Positions 1-11,229 of a stretch of 64,000 bases of DNA are shown piece after piece. Each line of letters opens with the position of its first letter. The stretch's first letter is position 1. Location of the stretch: contig OZ059897.1 of the NCBI GenBank assembly GCA_964057225.1, positions 3,596,001-3,660,000 of the forward strand, written 5' to 3'. Both the position numbers and the translations under genes were made by a program. Under the pieces are notes generated by a model, which saw only the letters and a list, made by a program, of their open reading frames with translations, searched no databases and was not told where the DNA came from. This DNA is from Auanema rhodensis. Taxonomy: Eukaryota; Animalia; Nematoda.

Positions 1-187
1 ACCGAGATATCAACTGATATATGTTCACACTTATATCCTCGATTTTCACCCTGAAGAAATGATTTTTTCGTTGAATAACATTGTCCATCTTCTTCGTCTT
101 GAAAAAAGGAATCTAAAAACATCTACTTTTTGTGAAATTATTTAGAAATTTTTCGGGAAAATTTTTGTCAAAATGTTTTTGGAAGCA

Positions 188-215
188 ATGTTGAGTGTAC
201 ATGGGAACTCAACAT
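188..215. other. 28-bp imperfect palindrome in each monomer (ATGTTGAGT-gtacatggga-ACTCAACAT)
   Basis: The 9-bp arms at 188-196 and 207-215 are perfect inverted repeats centred on CATG. 11 of 14 positions are symmetric. Confidence 0.9.
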
Positions 216-298
216 ACACTAATGCATTATTTTTCAAACGATCATAACTAATTTTTGTATAGAGCGTTTCTCAATGTGGTATAGTGCATTCGATGCGG

Positions 299-349
299 AT
301 TTTTAAGCTGCGTTGATCTGTGTTATCAGATTTGAGTTAACTTAAAAAT
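299..349. other. Nested ~51-bp imperfect inverted repeat in each monomer
   Basis: Outer arms are ATTTTTAAG (299-307) and CTTAAAAAT (341-349). Inner arms are ATCTG (316-320) and CAGAT (327-331). They share a centre within 1 nt. Outer arms extend to 11-12 bp in TTAGCTTA and GCTACG variant monomers, e.g. 5211-5261. Confidence 0.85.
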
Positions 350-3300
350 GCACCGAGATATCAACTGATATATGTTCACACTTATATCCTCGATTTTCAC
401 CCTGAAGAGATGATTTTTTCGTTGAATAACATTGTCCATCGTCTTCGTCTTGAAAAAAGGAATCTAAAAACACCTACTTTTTGTGAAATTATTTAGAAAT
501 TTTTCGGGAAAATTTTTGTCAAAATGTTTTTGGAAGCAATGTTGAGTGTACATGGGAACTCAACATACACTAATGCATTATTTTTCAAACAATCATAACT
601 AATTTTTGTATAGAGCGTTTCTCAATGTAGTATAGTGCATTCGATGCGGATTTTTAAGCTGCTTTGATCTGTGTTATCAGATTTGAGTTAACTTAAAAAT
701 GCACCGAGATATCAACTGATATAGGTTCACACTTATATCCTCGATTTTCACCCTGAAGAAATGATTTTTTCGTTGAAAAACATTGTCCATCGTATTCGTC
801 TTGAAAAAAGGAATCTAAAAACATCTACTTTTTGTGAAATTATTTAGAAATTGTTCGGGAAAATTTTTGTCAAAATGTTTTTGGAAGCAATGTTGAGTGT
901 ACATGGGAACTCAACATACACTAATGCATTATTTTTCAAACGATCATAACTAATTTTTGTATAGAGCGTTTCTCAATGTAGTATAGTGCATTCGATGCGG
1001 ATTTTTAAGCTGCTTTGATCTGTGTTATCAGATTTGAGTTAACTTAAAAATGCACCGAGATATCAACTGATATAGGTTCACACTTATATCCTCGATTTTC
1101 ACCCTGAAGAAATGATTTTTTCGTTGAAAAACATTGTCCATCGTCTTCGTCTTGAAAAAAGGAATCCAAAAACATCTACTTTTTGTAAAATTATTTAGAA
1201 ATTTTTCGGGAAAATTTTTGTCAAAATGTTTTTGGAAGCAATGTTGAGTGTACATGGGAACTCAACATACACTAATGCATTATTTTTCAAACGATCATAA
1301 CTAATTTTTGTATAGAGCGTTTCTCAATGTAGTATAGTGCATTCGATGCGGATTTTTAAGCTGCGTTGATCTGTGTTATCAGATTTGAGTTAACTTAAAA
1401 ATGCACCGAGATATCAACTGATATATGTTCACACTCATATCCTCGATTATCACCCTGAAGAATTGATTTTTTCGTTGAAAAACTATGTCCATCGTATTTT
1501 TCTTGAAAAAAGGAATCTAAAAACATCTACTTTTTGTGAAATTATTTAGAAATTTTTCGGAAAATTTTTGTCAAAATGTTTTTGGAAGCAATGTTGAGTG
1601 TACATGGGAACTCAACATACACTAATGCATTATTTTTCAAACGATCATAACTAATTTTTGTATAGAGCGTTTTTTAATGTAGTATAATGCATTCGATGCG
1701 GATTTTTAAGCTGCGTTGATCTGTGTTATCAGATTTGAGTTAGCTTAAAAATGCACCGAGATATCAACTGATATATGTTCACACTTATATCCTCGATTTT
1801 CACCCTGAAGAAATGATTTTTTCGTTGAAAAACATTGTCCATCGTATTCGTCTTGAAAAAAGGAATCTAAAAACATCTACTTTTTGTGAAATTATTTAGA
1901 AATTGTTCGGGAAAATTTTTGTCAAAATGTTTTTGGAAGCAATGTTGAGTGTACATGGGAACTCAACATACACTAATGCATTATTTTTCAAACGATCATA
2001 ACTAATTTTTGTATAGAGCGTTTCTCAATGTAGTATAGTGCATTCGATGCGGATTTTTAAGCTGCGTTGATCTGTGTTATCAGATTTGAGTTAACTTAAA
2101 AATGCACCGAGATATCAACTGATATAGGTTCACACATATATCCTCGATTTTCACCCTGAAGAAATGATTTTTCCGTTGAAAAACATTGTCCATCGTCTTC
2201 GTCTTGAAAAAAGGAATCTAAAAACATCTACTTTTTGTGAAATTATTCAGAAATTTTTCGGGAAAATTTTTGTCAAAATGTTTTTGGAAGCAATGTTGAG
2301 TGTACATGGGAACTCAACATACACTAATGCATTATTTTTCAAACGATCATAACTAATTTTTGTATAGAGCGTTTTTTAATGTAGTATAATGCATTCGATG
2401 CGGATTTTTAAGCTGCGTTGATCTGTGTTATCAGATTTGAGTTAGCTTAAAAATGCACCGAGATATCAACTGATATATGTTCACACTCATATCCTCGATT
2501 ATCACCCTGAAGAATTGATTTTTTCGTTGAAAAACATTGTCCATCGTATTTTTCTTGAAAAAAGGAATCTAAAAACATCTACTTTTTGTGAAATTATTTA
2601 GAAATTTTTCGGGAAAATTTTTGTCAAAATGTTTTTGGAAGCAATGTTGAGTGTACATGGGAACTCAACATACACTAATGCATTATTTTTCAAACGATCA
2701 TAACTAATTCTTGTATAGAGCGTTTCTCAATGTAGTATAGTGCATTCGATGCGGATTTTTAAGCTGCGTTGATCTGTGTTATCAGATTTGAGTTAGCTTA
2801 AAAATGCACCGAGATATCAACTGATATATGTTCACACTTATATCCTCGATTTTCACCCTGAAGAGATGATTTTTTCGTTGAATAACATTGTCCATCGTCT
2901 TCGTCTTGAAAAAAGGAATCTAAAAACATCTACTTTTTGTGAAATTATTTAGAAATTTTTCGGGAAAATTTTTGTCAAAATGTTTTTGGAAGCAATGTTG
3001 AGTGTACATGGGAACTCAACATACACTAATGCATTATTTTTCAAACGATCATAACTAATTTTTGTATAGAGCGTTTTTTAATGTAGTATAATGCATTCGA
3101 TGCGGATTTTTAAGCTGCGTTGATCTGTGTTATCAGATTTGAGTTAGCTTAAAAATGCACCGAGATATCAACTGATATATGTTCACACTTATATCCTCGA
3201 TTTTCACCCTGAAGAAATGATTTTTTCGTTGAATAACATTGTCCATCGTCTTCGTCTTGAAAAAAGGAATCTAAAAACATCTACTTTTTGTGAAATTATT

Positions 3301-4913
3301 TAGAAATTTTTCGGGAAAATTTTTGTCAAAATGTTTTTGGAAGCAATGTTGAGTGTACATGGGAACTCAACATACACTAATGCATTATTTTTCAAACGAT
3401 CATAACTAATTTTTGTATAGAGCGTTTCTCAATGTGGTATAGTGCATTCGATGCGGATTTTTAAGCTGCGTTGATCTGTGTTATCAGATTTGAGTTAACT
3501 TAAAAATGCACCGAGATATCAACTGATATATGTTCACACTTATATCCTCGATTTTCACCCTGAAGAGATGATTTTTTCGTTGAATAACATTGTCCATCGT
3601 CTTCGTCTTGAAAAAAGGAATCTAAAAACATCTACTTTTTGTGAAATTATTTAGAAATTTTTCGGGAAAATTTTTGTCAAAATGTTTTTGGAAGCAATGT
3701 TGAGTGTACATGGGAACTCAACATACACTAATGCATTATTTTTCAAACGATCATAACTAATTTTTGTATAGAGCGTTTCTCAATGTAGTATAGTGCATTC
3801 GATGCGGATTTTTAAGCTGCGTTGATCTGTGTTATCAGATTTGAGTTAACTTAAAAATGCACCGAGATATCAACTGATATATGTTCACACTCATATCCTC
3901 GATTATCACCCTGAAGAATTGATTTTTTCGTTGAAAAACATTGTCCATCGTATTTTTCTTGAAAAAAGGAATCTAAAAACATCTACTTTTTGTGAAATTA
4001 TTTAGAAATTTTTCGGGAAAATTTTTGTCAAAATGTTTTTGGAAGCAATGTTGAGTGTACATGGGAACTCAACATACACTAATGCATTATTTTTCAAACG
4101 ATCATAACTAATTTTTGTATAGAGCGTTTCTCAATGTAGTATAGTGCATTCGATGCGGATTTTTAAGCTGCGTTGATCTGTGTTATCAGATTTGAGTTAA
4201 CTTAAAAATGCACCGAGATATCAACTGATATATGTTCACACTTATATCCTCGATTTTCACCCTGAAGAAATGATTTTTTCGTTGAAAAACATTGTCCATC
4301 GTATTCGTCTTGTAAAAAGGAATCTAAAAACATCTACTTTTTGTGAAATTATTTAGAAATTTTTCGGCAAAATTTTTGTCAAAATGTTTTTGGAAGCAAT
4401 GTTGAGTGTACATGGGAACTCAACATTCACTAATGCATTATTTTTCAAACGATCATAACTAATTTTTGTATAGAGCGTTTCTCATTGTAGTATAATGCAT
4501 TCGATGCGGATTTTTAAGCTGCTTTGATCTGTGTTATCAGATTTGAGTTAACTTAAAAATGCACCGAGATATCAACTGATATAGGTTCACACTTATATCC
4601 TCGATTTTCACCCTGAAGAAATGATTTTTTCGTTGAAAAACATTGTCCATCGTCTTCGTCTTGAAAAAAGGAATCCAAAAACATCTACTTTTTGTAAAAT
4701 TATTTAGAAATTTTTCGGGAAAATTTTTGTCAAAATGTTTTTGGAAGCAATGTTGAGTGTACATGGGAACTCAACATACACTAATGCATTATTTTTCAAA
4801 CGATCATAACTAATTTTTGTATAGAGCGTTTCTCAATGTAGTATAGTGCATTCGATGCGGATTTTTAAGCTGCGTTGATCTGTGTTATCAGATTTGAGTT
4901 AACTTAAAAATGC

Positions 4914-7900
4914 ACCGAGATATCAACTGATATATGTTCACACTCATATCCTCGATTATCACCCTGAAGAATTGATTTTTTCGTTGAAAAACTATGTCCA
5001 TCGTATTTTTCTTGAAAAAAGGAATCTAAAAACATCTACTTTTTGTGAAATTATTTAGAAATTTTTCGGAAAATTTTTGTCAAAATGTTTTTGGAAGCAA
5101 TGTTGAGTGTACATGGGAACTCAACATACACTAATGCATTATTTTTCAAACGATCATAACTAATTCTTGTATAGAGCGTTTCTCAATGTAGTATAGTGCA
5201 TTCGATGCGGATTTTTAAGCTACGTTGATCTGTGTTATCAGATTTGAGTTAGCTTAAAAATGCACCGAGATATCAACTGATATATGTTCACACTTATATC
5301 CTCGATTTTCACCCTGAAGAAATGATTTTTTCGTTGAAAAACATTGTCCATCGTATTTGTCTTGAAAAAAGGAATCTAAAAACATCTACTTTTTGTGAAA
5401 TTATTTAGAAATTTTTCGGGAAAATTTTTGTCAAAATGTTTTTGGAAGCAATGTTGAGTGTACATGGGAACTCAACATACACTAATGCATTATTTTTCAA
5501 ACGATCATAACTAATTTTTGTATAGAGCGTTTCTCAATGTAGTATAGTGCATTCGATGCGGATTTTTAAGCTGCGTTGATCTGTGTTATCAGATTTGAGT
5601 TAACTTAAAAATGCACCGAGATATCAACTGATATATGTTCACACTCATATCCTCGATTATCACCCTGAAGAATTGATTTTTTCGTTGAAAAACTATGTCC
5701 ATCGTATTTTTCTTGAAAGAAGGAATCTAAAAACATCTACTTTTTGTGAAATTATTTAGAAATTTTTCGGGAAAATTTTTGTCAAAATGTTTTTGGAAGC
5801 AATGTTGAGTGTACATGGGAACTCAACATACACTAATGCATTATTTTTCAAACGATCATAACTAATTCTTGTATAGAGCGTTTCTCAATGTAGTATAGTG
5901 CATTCGATGCGGATTTTTAAGCTACGTTGATCTGTGTTATCAGATTTGAGTTAGCTTAAAAATGCACCGAGATATCAACTGATATATGTTCACACTTATA
6001 TCCTCGATTTTCACCCTGAAGAAATGATTTTTTCGTTGAATAACATTGTCCATCTTCTTCGTCTTGAAAAAAGGAATCTAAAAACATCTACTTTTTGTGA
6101 AATTATTCAGAAATTTTTCGGGAAAATTTTTGTCAAAATGTTTTTGGAAGCAATGTTGAGTGTACATGGGAACTCAACATACACTAATGCATTATTTTTC
6201 AAACAATCATAACTAATTTTTGTATAGAGCGTTTCTCAATGTAGTATAGTGCATTCGATGCGGATTTTTAAGCTGCTTTGATCTGTGTTATCAGATTTGA
6301 GTTAACTTAAAAATGCACCGAGATATCAACTGATATAGGTTCACACTTATATCCTCGATTTTCACCCTGAAGAAATGATTTTTTCGTTGAAAAACATTGT
6401 CCATCGTATTCGTCTTGAAAAAAGGAATCTAAAAACATCTACTTTTTGTGAAATTATTTAGAAATTGTTCGGGAAAATTTTTGTCAAAATGTTTTTGGAA
6501 GCAATGTTGAGTGTACATGGGAACTCAACATACACTAATGCATTATTTTTCAAACGATCATAACTAATTTTTGTATAGAGCGTTTCTCAATGTAGTATAG
6601 TGCATTCGATGCGGATTTTTAAGCTGCGTTGATCTGTGTTATCAGATTTGAGTTAACTTAAAAATGCACCGAGATATCAACTGATATAGGTTCACACATA
6701 TATCCTCGATTTTCACCCTGAAGAATTGATTTTTTCGTTGAAAAACATTGTCCATCGTATTTTTCTTGAAAAAAGGAATCTAAAAACACCTACTTTTTGT
6801 GAAATTATTTAGAAATTTTTCGGGAAAATTTTTGTCAAAATGTTTTTGGAAGCAATGTTGAGTGTACATGGGAACTCAACATACACTAATGCATTATTTT
6901 TCAAACAATCATAACTAATTTTTGAATAGAGCGTTTCTCAATGTAGTATAGTGCATTCGATGCGGATTTTTAAGCTGCTTTGATCTGTGTTATCAGATTT
7001 GAGTTAACTTAAAAATGCACCGAGATATCAACTGATATAGGTTCACACTTATATCCTCGATTTTCACCCTGAAGAAATGATTTTTTCGTTGAAAAACATT
7101 GTCCATCGTATTCGTCTTGAAAAAAGGAATCTAAAAACATCTACTTTTTGTGAAATTATTTAGAAATTGTTCGGGAAAATTTTTGTCAAAATGTTTTTGG
7201 AAGCAATGTTGAGTGTACATGGGAACTCAACATACACTAATGCATTATTTTTCAAACGATCATAACTAATTTTTGTATAGAGCGTTTCTCAATGTAGTAT
7301 AGTGCATTCGATGCGGATTTTTAAGCTGCGTTGATCTGTGTTATCAGATTTGAGTTAACTTAAAAATGCACCGAGATATCAACTGATATAGGTTCACACA
7401 TATATCCTCGATTTTCACCCTGAAGAATTGATTTTTTCGTTGAAAAACATTGTCCATCGTATTTTTCTTGAAAAAAGGAATCTAAAAACACCTACTTTTT
7501 GTGAAATTATTTAGAAATTTTTCGGGAAAATTTTTGTCAAAATGTTTTTGGAAGCAATGTTGAGTGTACATGGGAACTCAACATACACTAATGCATTATT
7601 TTTCAAACAATCATAACTAATTTTTGAATAGAGCGTTTCTCAATGTAGTATAGTGCATTCGATGCGGATTTTTAAGCTGCTTTGATCTGTGTTATCAGAT
7701 TTGAGTTAACTTAAAAATGCACCGAGATATCAACTGATATAGGTTCACACTTATATCCTCGATTTTCACCCTGAAGAAATGATTTTTTCGTTGAAAAACA
7801 TTGTCCATCGTATTCGTCTTGAAAAAAGGAATCTAAAAACATCTACTTTTTGTGAAATTATTCAGAAATTGTTCGGGAAAATTTTTGTCAAAATGTTTTT

Positions 7901-9825
7901 GGAAGCAATGTTGAGTGTACATGGGAACTCAACATACACTAATGCATTATTTTTCAAACGATCATAACTAATTTTTGTATAGAGCGTTTCTCAATGTAGT
8001 ATAGTGCATTCGATGCGGATTTTTAAGCTGCGTTGATCTGTGTTATCAGATTTGAGTTAACTTAAAAATGCACCGAGATATCAACTGATATATGTTCACA
8101 CTCATATCCTCGATTATTACCCTGAAGAATTGATTTTTTCGTTGAAAAACTATGTCCATCGTATTTTTCTTGAAAAAAGGAATCTAAAAACATCTACTTT
8201 TTGTGAAATTATTTAGAAATTTTTCGGAAAATTTTTGTCAAAATGTTTTTGGAAGCAATGTTGAGTGTACATGGGAACTCAACATACACTAATGCATTAT
8301 TTTTCAAACGATCATAACTAATTCTTGTATAGAGCGTTTCTCAATGTAGTATAGTGCATTCGATGCGGATTTTTAAGCTACGTTGATCTGTGTTATCAGA
8401 TTTGAGTTAGCTTAAAAATGCACCGAGATATCAACTGATATATGTTCACACTTATATCCTCGATTTTCACCCTGAAGAAATGATTTTTTCGTTGAAAAAC
8501 ATTGTCCATCGTATTTGTCTTGAAAAAAGGAATCTAAAAACATCTACTTTTTGTGAAATTATTTAGAAATTTTTCGGGAAAATTTTTGTCAAAATGTTTT
8601 TGGAAGCAATGTTGAGTGTACATGGGAACTCAACATACACTAATGCATTATTTTTCAAACGATCATAACTAATTTTTGTATAGAGCGTTTCTCAATGTAG
8701 TATAGTGCATTCGATGCGGATTTTTAAGCTGCGTTGATCTGTGTTATCAGATTTGAGTTAACTTAAAAATGCACCGAGATATCAACTGATATATGTTCAC
8801 ACTCATATCCTCGATTATCACCCTGAAGAATTGATTTTTTCGTTGAAAAACTATGTCCATCGTATTTTTCTTGAAAAAAGGAATCTAAAAACATCTACTT
8901 TTTGTGAAATTATTTAGAAATTTTTCGGGAAAATTTTTGTCAAAATGTTTTTGGAAGCAATGTTGAGTGTACATGGGAACTCAACATACACTAATGCATT
9001 ATTTTTCAAACGATCATAACTAATTCTTGTATAGAGCGTTTCTCAATGTAGTATAGTGCATTCGATGCGGATTTTTAAGCTACGTTGATCTGTGTTATCA
9101 GATTTGAGTTAGCTTAAAAATGCACCGAGATATCAACTGATATATGTTCACACTTATATCCTCGATTTTCACCCTGAAGAAATGATTTTTTCGTTGAATA
9201 ACATTGTCCATCTTCTTCGTCTTGAAAAAAGGAATCTAAAAACATCTACTTTTCGTGAAATTATTCAGAAATTTTTCGGGAAAATTTTTGTCAAAATGTT
9301 TTTGGAAGCAATGTTGAGTGTACATGGGAACTCAACATACACTAATGCATTATTTTTCAAACAATCATAACTAATTTTTGTATAGAGCGTTTCTCAATGT
9401 AGTATAGTGCATTCGATGCGGATTTTTAAGCTGCTTTGATCTGTGTTATCAGATTTGAGTTAACTTAAAAATGCACCGAGATATCAACTGATATAGGTTC
9501 ACACTTATATCCTCGATTTTCACCCTGAAGAAATGATTTTTTCGTTGAAAAACATTGTCCATCGTATTCGTCTTGAAAAAAGGAATCTAAAAACATCTAC
9601 TTTTTGTGAAATTATTTAGAAATTGTTCGGGAAAATTTTTGTCAAAATGTTTTTGGAAGCAATGTTGAGTGTACATGGGAACTCAACATACACTAATGCA
9701 TTATTTTTCAAACGATCATAACTAATTTTTGTATAGAGCGTTTCTCAATGTAGTATAGTGCATTCGATGCGGATTTTTAAGCTGCGTTGATCTGTGTTAT
9801 CAGATTTGAGTTAACTTAAAAATGC
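4914..9825 (+). repeat. Local duplication M15-M19 ~ M24-M28 (offset 3158 bp, 9 monomers), with an internal dimer duplication M19-20/M21-22
   Basis: The same ordered markers recur: 1-bp CGG deletion with AACTATG, then GTATTTGTC, AACTATG, CTTCTT/ATTCAG/AACAATC, and TTGTTC. ORF-track offset 6024 to 9182 is 3158. The TTTGAATAG marker occurs only in M20 and M22. Confidence 0.8.
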
Positions 9826-11229
9826 ACCGAGATATCAACTGATATAGGTTCACACATATATCCTCGATTTTCACCCTGAAGAAATGATTTTTCCGTTGAA
9901 AAACATTGTCCATCGTCTTCGTCTTGAAAAAAGGAATCTAAAAACATCTACTTTTTGTGAAATTATTCAGAAATTTTTCGGGAAAATTTTTGTCAAAATG
10001 TTTTTGGAAGCAATGTTGAGTGTACATGGGAACTCAACATACACTAATGCATTATTTTTCAAACGATCATAACTAATTTTTGTATAGAGCGTTTTTTAAT
10101 GTAGTATAATGCATTCGATGCGGATTTTTAAGCTGCGTTGATCTGTGTTATCAGATTTGAGTTAGCTTAAAAATGCACCGAGATATCAACTGATATATGT
10201 TCACACTCATATCCTCGATTATCACCCTGAAGAATTGATTTTTTCGTTGAAAAACATTGTCCATCGTATTTTTCTTGAAAAAAGGAATCTAAAAACATCT
10301 ACTTTTTGTGAAATTATTCAGAAATTTTTCGGGAAAATTTTTGTCAAAATGTTTTTGGAAGCAATGTTGAGTGTACATGGGAACTCAACATACCCTAATG
10401 CATTATTTTTCAAACGATCATAACTAATTCTTGTATAGAGCGTTTCTCAATGTAGTATAGTGCATTCGATGCGGATTTTTAAGCTGCGTTGATCTGTGTT
10501 ATCAGATTTGAGTTAGCTTAAAAATGCACCGAGATATCAACTGATATATGTTCACACTTATATCCTCGATTTTCACCCTGAAGAGATGATTTTTTCGTTG
10601 AATAACATTGTCCATCGTCTTCGTCTTGAAAAAAGGAATCTAAAAACATCTACTTTTTGTGAAATTATTTAGAAATTTTTCGGGAAAATTTTTGTCAAAA
10701 TGTTTTTGGAAGCAATGTTGAGTGTACATGGGAACTCAACATACACTAATGCATTATTTTTCAAACGATCATAACTAATTTTTGTATAGAGCGTTTTTTA
10801 ATGTAGTATAATGCATTCGATGCGGATTTTTAAGCTGCGTTGATCTGTGTTATCAGATTTGAGTTAGCTTAAAAATGCACCGAGATATCAACTGATATAT
10901 GTTCACACTCATATCCTCGATTATCACCCTGAAGAATTGATTTTTTCGTTGAAAAACATTGTCCATCGTATTTTTCTTGAAAAAAGGAATCTAAAAACAT
11001 CTACTTTTTGTGAAATTATTTAGAAATTTTTCGGGAAAATTTTTGTCAAAATGTTTTTGGAAGCAATGTTGAGTGTACATGGGAACTCAACATACACTAA
11101 TGCATTATTTTTCAAACGATCATAACTAATTCTTGTATAGAGCGTTTCTCAATGTAGTATAGTGCATTCGATGCGGATTTTTAAGCTACGTTGATCTGTG
11201 TTATCAGATTTGAGTTAACTTAAAAATGC

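Larger units (their letters stand above)
1..351 (+). repeat. Representative 351-bp monomer (M1; phase arbitrary)
   Basis: The next copy starts at 352. Hand count gives 110 G+C of 351. Copies differ only by scattered substitutions and rare deletions. Confidence 0.98.

Noticed and set aside
66-82. CENP-B box-like motif (TTTCGTTGAA(A/T)AACATT)
   Set aside because: It matches only the TTCG....A half of the nTTCGnnnnAnnCGGGn consensus. The essential CGGG is absent.
152-164. Heat-shock-element or STAT-like motif TTCGGGAAAATTT
   Set aside because: It has only two perfect nGAAn units and non-canonical STAT spacing. Such short matches are expected by chance in AT-rich DNA.
1-351. Monomer as an ancient dimer of ~175-bp subunits
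   Set aside because: I could see no similarity between the two halves by eye. A self dot plot would be needed to exclude very old divergence.
1-351. 5S rRNA, tRNA, snRNA or spliced-leader tandem gene unit
   Set aside because: There is no recognisable 5S sequence, cloverleaf, Pol III A/B/C boxes or known leader, and GC is too low for a typical structured RNA. Infernal/Rfam would be the formal test.
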